A DNA stretch of 62,635 bases, filler included, from Basidiobolus meristosporus CBS 931.73 (Eukaryota > Fungi > Basidiobolomycota): the NCBI GenBank assembly GCA_002104905.1. It is 4 parts of 4 records of this genome, joined end to end, with 100 filler letters (N's around TTAATTAATTAA, not from the genome) between each part and the next. Parts side by side here need not be neighbours in the genome. Positions count along the whole stretch, not along the records: positions 1 to 14,990 come from MCFE01001161.1; positions 15,091 to 42,197 come from MCFE01000908.1; 2 more parts are not named here. One strand, 5' to 3'. This document shows, piece after piece, positions 11,335 to 25,499 of the stretch (its first letter is position 1; the number at the start of each line of letters is the position of its first letter). Both the position numbers and the translations under genes were made by a program. Under the pieces are notes generated by a model. That model ran no database searches, was not told the origin of the DNA, and worked only from the letters and a program-made list of their open reading frames with translations.

Positions 11335-13380
11335 CTACATCACCAGGTAGCTGTACTCGCCAGCAGGCTGCTCGTTATAGTCATTGTCTTGATAATAATA
11401 GGCATCATCCCCCAGGGAAACCTTTTGGAAGGCATGTGATGGATCATGATGATCTACGCGGCGAAAATGATTAGCATATATACATACATCCAGGCTGGGA
11501 CTATATAAGGATTACCGTTCTGGAAATCACCAGATGCGTGACATGAATTACACAGGTCAACTTGGTGGTCCTCGTCGCAGTCTGTACAGGTCCACCTTGC
11601 GCCGACAATGGGCTCTATAAGACAGTTATCGCACTACAAAGCGAATGAGTTCGTGCGTCTTTGCTGATATGTGGGATGTAAGGCATTTACCTTGTAACCG
11701 TGATGAGCAGAAGATGAAGCAGCGGCAGGTGGAGAACTTTTAGGTGTCTATAAGACGTAAATATGTTAGGACAGTGTAGGCGTAAGGGTCAGCGAGAAAT
11801 AGCCTACAGATTTACGAGCAGCAGGAGGAGCCCGCACCGTTGATGATTCGGCAGCTTCATCATCATCTGACATGAGTACGGTTGGTGTAATAGGACCAGT
11901 CAGATACTGTGCACCAGAAAACCTTATGCGGCAAGTCAGTAACTTGTTTTGCCAATATGAAGCATCTACGATGTACCTATTGGAGTATCCCGGCCTGCTT
12001 TCCGTCTTCTGTTTTTTGGGTGGCGGTGTCTTCTTCTTTTCCGACGGTTTCCGGCTGCTTGCTGCTGGTTTATTCTGTTGGGATAAGTGTAAGAACGCTA
12101 CGTTTTGGCAACCCATTGAGATTGACGGTTCTTACGTAGATGGCCATGTTTGGCATTCTTCCAGGGACAGGCAGGCCAGCTTTCGCCAGTTTGATGAAAT
12201 ATTTCTGCACTCGACTAGCCACTTGCTTAGGTGTTCTAGTTCCTAGAGCCTTCGAGATCTTCAAGAAACGCTGCGATTGAATGGGCTCTTCGGGAAACTC
12301 GTCTAGGTAAGCAACTAAGCGAGCCTGAATCAAACCGTTTCAATATTCAAGCGGGTCAATCAACTGAATTGGCAAATAGCAATACCTGTTCCTCATCCGA
12401 CCACGGCTGGTTGAAACTCATTGGTTTGTCACCCTGATCTACATCCTACAACCCAACGGTTAATGCTAAGGTGGGAGCAGCCCAAAGAGCAAGTGTCTAG
12501 AATTTACGTTGATGCTACGCTTGTTGGATTTCACTTCAGTCGCTGTCTGTGATGGAGGGAAGTATTCATTGAGCTCTTCTTGTTTTACATCGGCTTTGTT
12601 GTTGGATTCTATCTCAATTGATGTTGGACTTGAAGCTTTTGACGCGGTGGCCGATGCGACACCATCTGCAGGGAGCTGGGCGCTTGTGCTAGACAAAATC
12701 GACTGGGAAGAGCGTCAGTAAGGAGACAAAGAGATAAGTGAGGCCGACTTGACTACCTTATAAAGGGGTGGCCTTTGTAATGGGGAAAAATTGAGGGAGA
12801 TATCTAGACGAAAACGAAATGAGAAGATTTCCCTGGGAGCAATTCGGTTGGCAGCATACCTTGGGTGCCCCTTTTAACGCGAGAAACGTATTTGTCCAAG
12901 TCGATCGCGGGAATGGCAACCACTCTTTGCAATTTGGGGGGCTTCTCGTTTCTCTATATAGCCGGGTGAGAAATGGGGATTTTCCTCGAACCAGCTGGCA
13001 CCCACTTACCCTCTCACGCAGTTGTGTGACGAATGTGATAGGATCGGCCAACGCCTTTTCTTTCAACTCGGAAAGTTTGCTGATGTCTTTTCTTGCTTGG
13101 TCCAATTGGTGTCGGAGTACATCCATGGCAGAAGTTACCAACAAGTAGCTACATGTTTGGAAGAAAGAAGGGTTATGTCTACGGTAAGGCTCGAACTTCT
13201 GATGCTCTGACAAACATACTCATCATTTCCGGTAAGCACATCCTCTACATTTGGGGTGACAGACTCTTCTGGAACCTTTGCATTAGCTCTTCTCCGTTTT
13301 CTTGGGGTGGTTTCGGCCACATTCTCGGTGGAGACAGTATCGCTTGTTTGAGTGTAAATATTTCCAGATAATCTCGGCAT
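11335..13380 (-). CDS. ZZZ3: ZZZ3-like protein (coiled-coil + SANT/Myb + ZZ-type zinc finger), multi-exon
   Basis: Exons: [46 protein letters not shown]; [45 protein letters not shown]; ZZ finger [36 protein letters not shown]; these resemble animal ZZZ3. Confidence 0.85.
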
Positions 13381-13654
13381 CGAACACTATCACTTCGCTT
13401 CACTATTCGAGGAAGGTTTCTGTAACGCAAATAGAGGTTCAACCTAAACTATTTACTCCCCGTAAACCAAAAGGACTGCTTCTTTATTGCCTTAAATCAC
13501 ACCCGTTGATTAAACGGATTTTTTTCTCAATATGGGTAAAAAAAAACCCTGGCATTGTGGATGCCATTCATTCCAGAATCTATCAAGTCCCCGTTTGATT
13601 CGCGAACGATGGCAATTTATTCAAAAAAGATTCAACGAATATTCACGCTTGCGC

Positions 13655-14937
13655 TCACGCTGGAGCTGGAACTGCAGCGTGCAGATCAGCCAACCACGTA
13701 CCGAAATCCTCGGGCAGAAGGAATTTCTCCCGTAAGAGGTCTTTGTCGAATTCCTTCGAGATGTTTCGGAAAAATACGATATAGCTGTCCAGAAAGTTTC
13801 CCTACAGCGGGGGTTCGTAGATCCGGGTTAGTGGCTGCAGTATTCGACTGATCGTGCTTTCAATACCTTCACTTGGTTCATGAAAATCTTCTCGACGTTC
13901 ACATCTCGTATGAACCGTCCCAACTTGGCGTGTAGCAGATCGGTTCGTTCTTCGATAGCTTTACGGAATTCGTCATACGCACTCTGCAGCTCACCTATAC
14001 ATGATTGAGTTAAGAGCCATCGAGGAGATGTGCGAACGGACGTGCACTTACCCTGCTTCTCGTTCGAAGGCTCCTGGGACGTCTACGTTAGAATGGATGG
14101 ATTGGAGAATTCAAGCAAAGGTTGATACCTGACTAATAGAATCAGCCACGCCGTCAACTCCGATTGAAACAAAGGATTCACAAGCTTCCTTCAGTATTCT
14201 GTCCAATTCCTATCCAACGACAAGTCAATTCCATGACATTCATGGCCAAAGAGTGGAGATCGTGCTAACCTCTCTTCCATCGACACCCTCGCTCTCCTGG
14301 GATCTTAGCGCAGCCAAACCGATGATGGGGCCAAGGATTGAACTCTTTCTTGACGAGCTCTGAGAGTTGGCTATCGATAGACAGTTAGAGATATGCATCT
14401 TTGGCTGAAGTCGAGTGGTTGTCTACTTCTGGTTAGAGTGTGGCGGAATGCGATGGATTCAGCGTCAAATGAGGTGACATACTCCTTGAGAGCTAGCAGG
14501 TGCTTGATTAGGAATAGTTTTGCATCTAGAGAGCCCTACACGATGATTATTGAATCGAGTTGAGCAGGCTGGTGCATCATCTAGTGATTTACAGAATGCA
14601 CCCCATGCATACCTTCTCCTTCTGGATATCATTGGAAGCGGAGATAAACGAGGTGCAGGTAGTGACAAGCGCTTCGCCCAATAGTTCTTCAAACGTGATT
14701 TCCTACACTCCAACATATTAAAACATAGCCTGAACCACGGTTGCTCTAGCAACAAGTACCTTGACCGTGCGGAAAAGCTTGGAGATGATCCAGAATGCCA
14801 TATATGTAGTGGGATAAAGACCAGTTAATGCTGGGGATACTTCCAGTGTGGATGTCGATGGGGCGGGTGAAGTGGCATCGTCCTCTGTCGACAGCCGAAT
14901 CGACAAAGTAACCGCCTCGGATGCTTGGTCGGGAGCT
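13655..14937 (-). CDS. COG3: conserved oligomeric Golgi complex subunit 3, C-terminal part (5' end lost in assembly gap)
   Basis: Exons GLYPTTYMAFWIISKLFRTVK, GSLDAKLFLIKHLLALKE, ELDRILKEACESFV resemble COG3 WYPTVRRTL..LSKLYRC / DGQLFLIKHLLILRE / DVDRHLKSACEQF; TGA at 13655-13657. Confidence 0.8.
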
Positions 14938-14990
14938 AACATCGAGCCGTGATTATTACGTTAATGGAATATACATGGGACACACGGGGA

Positions 14991-15090
14991 NNNNNNNNNN
15001 NNNNNNNNNNNNNNNNNNNNNNNNNNNNNNNNNNTTAATTAATTAANNNNNNNNNNNNNNNNNNNNNNNNNNNNNNNNNNNNNNNNNNNN
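14991..15090. other. assembly gap
   Basis: 100-nt N run with central TTAATTAATTAA. Confidence 0.99.
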
Positions 15091-16267
15091 CCACGGTAGG
15101 CGGTATATTGATAATATTGAGGATGCTGGCTGTTGCCAAGGTTTTCTGACCGGGATAATATCCCTAATTGAGCACACCTCATTCATCAGGATCTATGATG
15201 TCTAGGTTTTTTGCGAGTCTTGCAACCTCAACCCAAGTTCTCCTGACGCAAGTGTAATTATGATGAAGGTCCCAGAGCACTCGTTTATTTTAGGCAGTGC
15301 TACACCTCTTCATGAGAAAATTTTGACTGAGGCCCGGAAGTTATGGAGTACCAATGACATCTGCAAAGCTTGCCATTTGGGCTCGGCTCCGACCCTGAGA
15401 ATGTGGGAACTCCCCAAGGAAAGGCCGAGATTTCAAAACCATTCATATTCGGTGCCATTCCAGTCAGGCCCAGTCACAGTGAGTGTTACTACAAGCACAT
15501 AGATCGGATAACATCCAGTAGGCAAGATCATATTCGGTTATTTACATCACATATCGCATAATTCTCCCGATCAGTGTAGCCAACGTCCCCAAGGCCCTGA
15601 TATATTTGTTAGGAGGGTTGGGGCACTAATCCTGAAATGACAACCCAGACACCCCTCTGCCACAAAGTTACACCTACCGCTCGCCATCCGTGCCAAGGTT
15701 TTTTACTAAACCCAAAGAAAATCGGATTAGTCAACTTTGAGGACCTGGGGAATTCCCAAAACAATACAGACCAGGTTTTCATGTTCAACTAGTGATTAAT
15801 ACGGAGTGCCATGATTTGGCTCGTAAACCTGTAGAGGAAAGGCTGAAAGGCTACAATTAGTCTAGTCATTTATTGCATGATAACACAATGGGCGTATCAG
15901 CAGATCAAATGTACGGTGAAATTAATATGGAATTTCTGCAGAGTATATTGAATTAGGGAGAATTCAGGTTTTAAATACAAATTTGATACCACCTAGTCAT
16001 GTGGATGTAGAAACAATTGAATGCTTTAATCGAAGAAGGCCTTGCAACTAGATTAGACCTAGACAGCCATGATTGTGGGGCAACTTGATGGGTCCTTTCC
16101 AAGGAAGGAAAATGATTTCAAAGCTTATGTGAATTGGGAGCAAACGATATAAAAGGATGTGTTCACTCTCTCCCAAATCATCAAGCAATCTCGAGTTGAC
16201 CTCGCTGGATTCTCTTTCTTTGCAGCTTTCTTCAAAACCGAGTAGACCTCGCCCATCTTTAGCAAAC

Positions 16268-16942
16268 ATGTTCGTTGTAAGATCATCCATTCTTGTTTTC
16301 ATTGCGCTAGTCGCATTGTGTAAACTCATCAGCTCCGCCCCTATTGCTCGTGTTGCCTTAACCCCGACTGAGCAAGATTTAACGCAAAATGTAAAATCAA
16401 CTTTTGTTGCATCGGCCACCGGAAACTTCCTTCCCAAGCGTCTTGTCTCAAGAGGCTACAGAAATCACCGTCAAGGAAACAAAGACAACCAAGATGGCTC
16501 CGGAAAGCAAGCGACTGGTGATGATAACTCCGGAAAACCCTCTACTAGCAAGTCTTCCGATTATCAGACAAAGGATGGTGCTACTACTACCACCTCTGGT
16601 AGTCAGCCAACCAGCCCTTCAGGTGGAAGTGGCGGTTTCTCAGGTGATGGAACCTACTACAGTCCAAGTGTAGGAACCAGTGCCTGCGGCACCACCTCCT
16701 CCGACTCTGAGCTGGTTGCCGCCATCAATGCTCCTCAATGGATGGCCTCTGCTAATCCAAATAACAGTCCATCCTGTGGAAAGTGTGCCAAGGTAACCGG
16801 ACCCAATGGTACAGTAACTGTCAAGATTGTTGATAAATGTCCATCCTGTGCATATGGTTCCTTGGATTTGAGTCCGACTGCTTTCAGCAAGATTGCTAGT
16901 CTTGACGCAGGTCGTGTACAAATTTCCTGGAGCTATTGCTAG
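16268..16942 (+). CDS. secreted RlpA-like double-psi beta-barrel (expansin/barwin-like) protein with Ser/Gly/Thr-rich linker, intronless
   Basis: Signal peptide MFVVRSSILVFIALVALCKLISSA; DPBB motif GDGTYYSPSVGTSACG...VAAINAPQW...CGKC...VKIVDKCPSCAYGSLDLSPTAFSKIA. Confidence 0.9.
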   Translation: MFVVRSSILVFIALVALCKLISSAPIARVALTPTEQDLTQNVKSTFVASATGNFLPKRLVSRGYRNHRQGNKDNQDGSGKQATGDDNSGKPSTSKSSDYQTKDGATTTTSGSQPTSPSGGSGGFSGDGTYYSPSVGTSACGTTSSDSELVAAINAPQWMASANPNNSPSCGKCAKVTGPNGTVTVKIVDKCPSCAYGSLDLSPTAFSKIASLDAGRVQISWSYC

Positions 16943-17358
16943 TGCTCGAGGTCAACTCTTGTGGAACGTTTCATGCCAGTATATGATCAGTATTCTGTTG
17001 TCCCTTTCAATTCCACATAGTAGTCTCCCTTTATGTTAGGGTCTCCAAAGGTCATGTGTCTATCTAGGTTCAGTTTGCTGCGGAGAGAATTAAATAAAGG
17101 AGTTTATCAACAAACCCAAAGCGCTATCATATGAAATATATTCATGCTTCTGCAATGTATGAGTATTTGAAACGTTGAAAATTCAGCGGGAGAGAAGAGG
17201 CATGAATTCCACAATTATAGATGTGACAAAGGGTTTTTCGCGTGTAAATAGATTTTGGACAAGGGTTCGCCTTTTTATATAAATGTATTTATGATTAGAC
17301 GCATGTTACAAAGGGGGATATAAACATTTTTCAGGCACCCGGGATTCGAATTGCTGGC

Positions 17359-19854
17359 CTATTCCGAGCCATTTCTACCTAGAATACCTTCAAAGTTGAA
17401 TGGAGTGTATTTGTAACCCGTGCCTTCGTAGAATTTGTGATTGAATTCTACCCAATGCAAGCGTAGAGCATGAAGAAATGCCGAAAGTCCTTCCATAATC
17501 ACAAGAATACTTACAGTCAACGCCAGCCATATTGCGAATCCTATCCAGATGCCGATGGTATTCACCGGAAAGGGTTGTGACAGAACAATCCCCAGAGTGA
17601 AATCCCAGAGCACACTCGAAAGTTGGGCATGAGCCAACGACAAAGCCCACAGGCGAAGATACGATGCAGTGTTGGAAATACAACCAAGGCAGAACTCCAT
17701 TGTATGTATCACTTGATGAATCATTATCTCGCCAAATTCGAATTCTTCTACCTCCACATCTTCAGTAGCCACCTGAATTGAGTAGAGCGAATTCGTTTTT
17801 TTGCTTTTCCTTTCTCGGCTATGCTGGTCCGACTCACCAGGGGTATCGGGGTACTCGGGCATAATATCCTTTGAGTCTCGAGAGAATGCGAAATCGGAAG
17901 ATTCTCTCTTCCTATTGTGCCTGTATCTCAGTATGAGTGGTTTGGCTAGCAGCATCCAGGGAACACAGACTACAGCAAGAACCACCAGTCCAAGCTGAAC
18001 CTTTTCTTGGCCATAGTACAGCATTTCGCTAGAATCAACACTCCCAGGGCTTAGAAACATATGTATAAGCAAGTTGAGTAAGCTTGGCGGGCTGACAGGC
18101 CGATTCTTCCAATCAACCAGCCATTTGTAGATGATGCATATGCATAAATATCCAAAAACGCACTCCATGAAAAGGATCTGCGGGAGGAACTCGGCAACTA
18201 TTTCGTAGCTATGACGGAAATGTACATGGTTGTAGATGGTAAGAACTATGCCAAATGACATGTGAAGTACTCCTAGAATCACCGACATCTTCATTTTGTA
18301 CGAGTTTGTAAAGATCAGATAATTATCGGATCCATGCCATGCTGAATCCAGGCCAAATGGACAAACCCCTATCGAAGTAGCCTCGGATGAGGATGCAGAC
18401 CAAGCCCACCCAGAGGGCAGTATAGTGACTGAATGTGAAAAGACATCATTATAGATGGATCCGGTAAAGATGGAAAACAGCCCCATCAGAAGTATGATGT
18501 AACGGCCATTGTGCAGAATTCCCAGCACTCCTCCGCCTTCGAATGATTGCTCCTTTGAAATCAGATACAAGCCAAACACCGCTAACAATAGGCCGTGTCC
18601 CATATCTCCAAACATGACAGAAAATAGAAAAGGGAAGGTGATGACAGTGAAAAGGCCGGGGTTGACTTCGCGATATTTGGCAACTCCATAGGCATCAATG
18701 ATGCCTTGAAATCCCTCACTGAACTTGTTTGTGCGGTGGAAAGTTGGAGGCTGTCGTTTGGTTGGTATGGGGGTTAGTATCGTATATATTTGCGACCCAG
18801 TCCTTTCCACTGCCTCGCGTAGAGAGTCCTGAATCAGGAGGATGTCATCTGAAGGACACCACCCTTCAGCAATCAGACATTTGTGACTGGGATCGTAGTT
18901 GAATAAATTCATCACATGGTAGATGGCTTTCTCCTTGGTGATCAGATCCATCCAAAACGCCAGGTTCTTAGCAACCGCTTCCAGTTCCAGCCGCTTTGCC
19001 TGACCAGTACTATGCAGGATTTCCTGGATATCAGAGAGTTTGGAGTTGATCTCTGAGATTCGAAGATGTCGTTGCGCATGACTGTGGTCGATAGGGCAGA
19101 GTGTGGCGTCCATTGCCTCGGAAATCCTCCTGATTTTGTTGAGGATCTCCTTACCATGGGCGAAAATCACAAATACCGACTTTCGGGGCTGGCAACTCTT
19201 TTCCCACTGCGTAGAACACCTCGAAATCTCAGTGTAATGCATGTACATGTTTCCACGCAATGCTCTCCAAAGCACCATTTCGAGTGGATTGACCTTTGAA
19301 CTCCAGATAGTGCCAGCCACAAACCCCAGCGTTGTGCTCCGTAAGTCAAGGCCCGATTTGCCGGTTTCAAGATCAGATATGCCAGGGGCGTTTGGATGTA
19401 TTGGGCTAGCCAGGGGCGTATGCATATGTAGATCTGCAAAATACTCAAGTACATGCTTGTGTTCGATCAACTCTTGATATTGCTGCAGAAGAGCCTGATA
19501 CGATTGGTTGAGATTTGTTATTCTGCTTTCGTGATCGCATAGTAATTCCCTCAAGTCATCAACATCCCTGGCGGTGACACAGAGCTTGGACTTGTCCATA
19601 TACTTCAATGGTATTTCTATATCGAGGGCTACGCTTTGATGATGAAGCTTCTCAAGCTGCCGCTCTACCGCTATTAATCGACATATCTCATCACTATATG
19701 GGCGTCGAAATGAACCACGGTCTGAGTTGAGGTCAAGAAAATGCACAAGCCCCATCTCACCTAAATGGGATACGGTAGAGTGGGCAATCTCGGTGGGGAT
19801 GAATAGCTGGACTAACGACATCTCCTCGGACCGAAAGAGAGTAGATCTGGACAT
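17359..19854 (-). CDS. VPH1: V-type H+-ATPase V0 subunit a (Vph1/Stv1 family), intronless
   Basis: MSRSTLFRSEEMSLVQLFIP, YREVNPGLFTVITFPFLFSVMFGDMGHG, NSYKMKMS, ISNTASYLRLWALSLAHAQLS (essential Arg present), LHALRLHWVEF. Confidence 0.96.
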   Translation of the reverse strand: MSRSTLFRSEEMSLVQLFIPTEIAHSTVSHLGEMGLVHFLDLNSDRGSFRRPYSDEICRLIAVERQLEKLHHQSVALDIEIPLKYMDKSKLCVTARDVDDLRELLCDHESRITNLNQSYQALLQQYQELIEHKHVLEYFADLHMHTPLASPIHPNAPGISDLETGKSGLDLRSTTLGFVAGTIWSSKVNPLEMVLWRALRGNMYMHYTEISRCSTQWEKSCQPRKSVFVIFAHGKEILNKIRRISEAMDATLCPIDHSHAQRHLRISEINSKLSDIQEILHSTGQAKRLELEAVAKNLAFWMDLITKEKAIYHVMNLFNYDPSHKCLIAEGWCPSDDILLIQDSLREAVERTGSQIYTILTPIPTKRQPPTFHRTNKFSEGFQGIIDAYGVAKYREVNPGLFTVITFPFLFSVMFGDMGHGLLLAVFGLYLISKEQSFEGGGVLGILHNGRYIILLMGLFSIFTGSIYNDVFSHSVTILPSGWAWSASSSEATSIGVCPFGLDSAWHGSDNYLIFTNSYKMKMSVILGVLHMSFGIVLTIYNHVHFRHSYEIVAEFLPQILFMECVFGYLCICIIYKWLVDWKNRPVSPPSLLNLLIHMFLSPGSVDSSEMLYYGQEKVQLGLVVLAVVCVPWMLLAKPLILRYRHNRKRESSDFAFSRDSKDIMPEYPDTPGESDQHSRERKSKKTNSLYSIQVATEDVEVEEFEFGEIMIHQVIHTMEFCLGCISNTASYLRLWALSLAHAQLSSVLWDFTLGIVLSQPFPVNTIGIWIGFAIWLALTVSILVIMEGLSAFLHALRLHWVEFNHKFYEGTGYKYTPFNFEGILGRNGSE

Positions 19855-20709
19855 TATGAGACGTATGAAGAATGCACCTCTCTGTCTGTTGGATCTTTGA
19901 ATGCTACAGACAAGTGAGCCAATCCAGTCAATACAAAGTTGTGCGTGGAGGGGCCTCCTGATGGTAAATATCAATTGACTAGTGTCTACAAGAAACCGGG
20001 GGAAAATTATGATCTCCTGTATTGATGATGGATATATGTAGCCAACTACTGCTCCTACGGAATTGCCACCTTAGATATAGCTTGCTACTCAGTGAATTAC
20101 ACTTATCACATGGACTGGGCTTGGAGCCTTCGGCTAACGCTCAAATGGACTGTGCATCTCCAGGCACGCTTTGATAATGGGCTTATGTAGATATACTAAT
20201 ACATATCCATACTGAGACCTCTGAACCAACAAACCAGCTTACAGAATCGACCGAATAGATGACTGAAAATCCGTACAATCGAATGTTTCAACTGTGGTCC
20301 CCTTAAAATACATGTACACCATTTGCTGGTTGTGATCGCAGTGTTTCCAGACCCTTTTCCTAGTATCAGCCATCCCGAGTGCGGCACATCAAAGATTTGG
20401 CATGCTAAGCCTAACGAGATATTTGAAACCAAATGCAGAACTTGCATATTTAGTTTCATCTAATGATACCAATATGCTAGGCTGAACGACCGATAGGGAA
20501 TCCGCATGGTTGCAACCGGATCGCCAATATTGAACACTATCGAACTCACTTTATGGTCCTGGCGCATACTGCATATGAGCAACACTGAATTTTTCTTCAC
20601 CGCCATAAAATCTAGCTACGCCTGTGTCATTGACTATATGACTCGGGTTATTATGGATTCATTGGGGATATCCGACATGCATGAAAAAATGTAACCTAAC
20701 TTGGTTAAT

Positions 20710-21840
20710 TTATTTCAATATAATTTTTTCAACTATTCGGCAAGTATTCTCGTCCCCCAGAAGCCAAGAGACAGAAGCCAAGATACGAGCATCCCAGCCA
20801 ACATAGTAGACACGTTTCGGATATGGGCTGATCAACGCATGGGAAACCGCTCTTCCAACATGTGAAGGATGTATTCTGAAATCAAAGCCCTTTGGAACAA
20901 GCTCCTGGTAAAATTGAATCATGGGCCTATAGCATTCCCGAGACTTCTCATCCAGGGTAGTTGCATTAGATAAAGAGTCTAGGGACCGCATCGTTTTAAA
21001 CTGTGCATTCGTGATAATAGCCCCTAGTGTATTGACGAGATCAACCTATGTGGATACGTGTGGGGGAGAAGACAACTTACCTGGCTCGATCAATGAGACT
21101 GAGATTTCCCACAAGCGTGCCTCGATCATAAAGACAATACTCCAAGCTCTTAGTGCAGCCTTTGTGATGGAATACACCGATAGCCCAGGGGTTGGAAGCC
21201 ATGCATTCGGTGAGCCGATGTTGATGACTCTTCCCTTCGATTCCTTTAGTAATGGATACAGCCTTTTAGTGAGGTTTATGGGGCTTAGCAGATTGATTTG
21301 CATCATTCTCTCCATTTCAGTATTGGTCAGACTCTCGGTCACGCTTAGCATGAAATCAGCAGCATTGTTGATGACCGCAACTAGGTGAAGCCCCAGAGTA
21401 TTTATGTTCTCCTCAACCTCTTGAATCCCACTATCGAGTGACAATGGATCGGCAAGATCGATCAAAATTGGGATCAATCGCCCAGTTGGCTTCCCAGATT
21501 CATGGGAGATATTGCTTACCATCTCTTCTAGATATTGTCCGTCTTCCACTTTCCGAACTACGGCAAATATGGTATATCCTTTAGAGAACCAGTCGATTGC
21601 GAGAAACTGGCCGATACCAGAGCCACTCCCGGTCACCAACACTGCAGTATCTATTGCCCTTGGATTTGCACGGATTGCCACATGCCTTCTTTTCTCTAGC
21701 CCTAACAATGCTAACAATCGACAGAAAATCCCAAAACACAGAAAACTAAAGTGGTCGAATGCTGTCAACGCCAAAGAGCTTATCTTGAGTGCTAAAGAGG
21801 TAGGCGGTATCTTGGGATTTCGTTCTTTACTTTCTTCCAT
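20710..21840 (-). CDS. short-chain dehydrogenase/reductase (retinol/17beta-HSD-like), one intron ~21024-21080
   Basis: VLVTGSGSGIG, VINNAA, GRVINIGS, catalytic YSITK, spliced EPGAIIT; C-terminal exon ends 20710. Confidence 0.9.
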
Positions 21841-23070
21841 TTCCAGAGATATCAGCAACCGCCAAAGGCTGTACAAGCTATATACTGATTAGCTAAGACA
21901 GGGGATTGGCCTACCAAGTATGATGATTGGCCGTATATAGCCAAGTCAGGGGAATGTCCTTACAAGTATTTTAGCTAAGCCACCGGTCTTTGGTAAGATC
22001 GTGATTTTAAGACTGGGACCAGCTACTCTTTACAAAAGATCTCCTTTCTCTGACGTTAAAACAGAAAAAATAACACCCACAGGAATTCAGCGTTCATGTT
22101 AAACGCACGAAATCTGAATGAATCTGTCTGTTAAAAGTGCAAAGAGAGTTGCATTACATAGATAGAACGTAAAATTCGTTAGTTGCCAATCCCGTATCCA
22201 TCAGGCCTGCGCAGCGTCGAACAAGAGAGCGCAGGAAATAGATGACAGCACCCAAAATGCGCTTCATTAGGAAGCTGAGAGGCGACTTCATCCATCCTCA
22301 GCGGAATTGATACTCCGCTGTAGCCGCAGAATCCGACCGCGTTCGGGATCGATGCTGCCTCCTCGAGTGTGAACACAGAAGCATATGAACACTCGAACAA
22401 GGACAATCGCTCTCAACTACCGCAGTAGTAGTCGGAGCCTAAGCTCATACAACTCTTCGATAGCTGTGTACTCTGAAAAGCGGATACCATTATTTTTCGA
22501 AACAGCAATCGCCAAAAGTGAAAACAAGTTAAGCTTAAGGGAGACCGATCTTCGAAGTCACCAACGACCGATAAGGAAATTGAAGGTGGCTTTATGAAGG
22601 ATGCCGATATGGCGATGTCTTCCCATAATCCCACCAAGTCCACATTACATTCATGGAAATAGCTAGTCAAGAAATGATACTAGCTTAGTTTGTTTCCAGT
22701 GCTTGTGAAGCGATTGGTGCCTATCCATATGCTTAAGCATGTTGGCACATGATCTTGGTCTTGGAATCAACAGACATAAGACCATCACGGCATTCGTGAT
22801 CGCAACATTGGCCTTCAAACCTGCACAATATTCCCCAAACTTCCCCACATGGTCGATTTGACACCGTTTCCCCCATTCCGCATCATTAGATTCCCCATCA
22901 TCTCTGGCCTGCCACACATTAATTTCCACCTGACCAATAGGATCGGATTTCAAGGGCTGTCCCTGGAACAAATTAATCCACTGCCAACCCAAAATTTTTG
23001 TACACTGCCAAGATAATATCCCGGCGGCTACTACGAGTTATCTTGTTCTTACACATTTTCATCCGTAGTC

Positions 23071-24717
<1,647 letters not shown>

Positions 24718-25499
24718 GCATGATCTATCACTGACACGTTAACGTGCCTACCCATCATTCATTCTATCGCATGTCATAGCCATTTCAGATTATTGCATCC
24801 CAATTCTTAGTTCTTCACTAAACCCTGGAACAATTGGAATCTGTAGTTTGTTGTATTTTTGTGTCTTCAGGATTTAAAAGCAGTATTAAACACCTTGAGC
24901 AATCATCACGATTTCAAGTCAACCTGAGGGTCTGGTGCGTCAACGACCGGAGAAATTGATCGTCAACAAGGCTAACCTGATGCAAATAATCCCCGATACA
25001 TTCCATGGGAATGATGGATCACATCAAATGCTGGGGCTGCAAGCAGGTCAATGTAACACTCCAGAGCAGACTAGTGAATCCGTGCCTTTGCAACGATGAG
25101 TAGCCAAAACAATCCATCGACTTGGCACCACTGGCGATGCAGAGTCACTTAACTCGATGTACACGAGGATGCATCGATCCCCTCGAGTCTAATGTTTGGT
25201 GACATCCAACAATCAACTATCGTTACAAAGATGATTGCCCCTTGAGGGTTTCGAAATCTGCATCGCTATTGCCATCTGACATGGGAAACTAGGAAAAATC
25301 CCTCGCTGTTGACATACGCGGGTATAAAAGTCCGGATCGCCAGCATGGGAGGGCAGGTGTGTTGGCTCTATCTTTGACAAATTTCGTCCGACTAAATCGT
25401 CGCCTCCTATAACCATCTAAATTCTCTTCACTATTATCTACCTAACCCTTTAATAGTGACTAAACGCAATATCCAATAAAATCGAATTGCGCTTTAGAG

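Noticed and set aside
15035-15046. TTAATTAATTAA palindrome centred in N runs (also ~42242 and ~58991)
   Set aside because: Identical in all three 100-nt gaps; an assembly spacer with stops in six frames, not biology.
15260-15502. ORF with CKACH...TL resembling a non-LTR zf-RVT remnant
   Set aside because: Only a partial motif, lacking the final His/Cys; too weak to call without an HMM search.
4859-19854. VPS53, COG3 and VPH1 (trafficking) and CDC73, ZZZ3 (transcription) as functional clusters
   Set aside because: Housekeeping genes interleaved with unrelated ones; no shared regulatory motif seen; chance adjacency suffices.
22179-22992. Overlapping short ORFs upstream of ATP2
   Set aside because: Gene-like composition but no consistent splice model or recognisable protein; cannot support a call.
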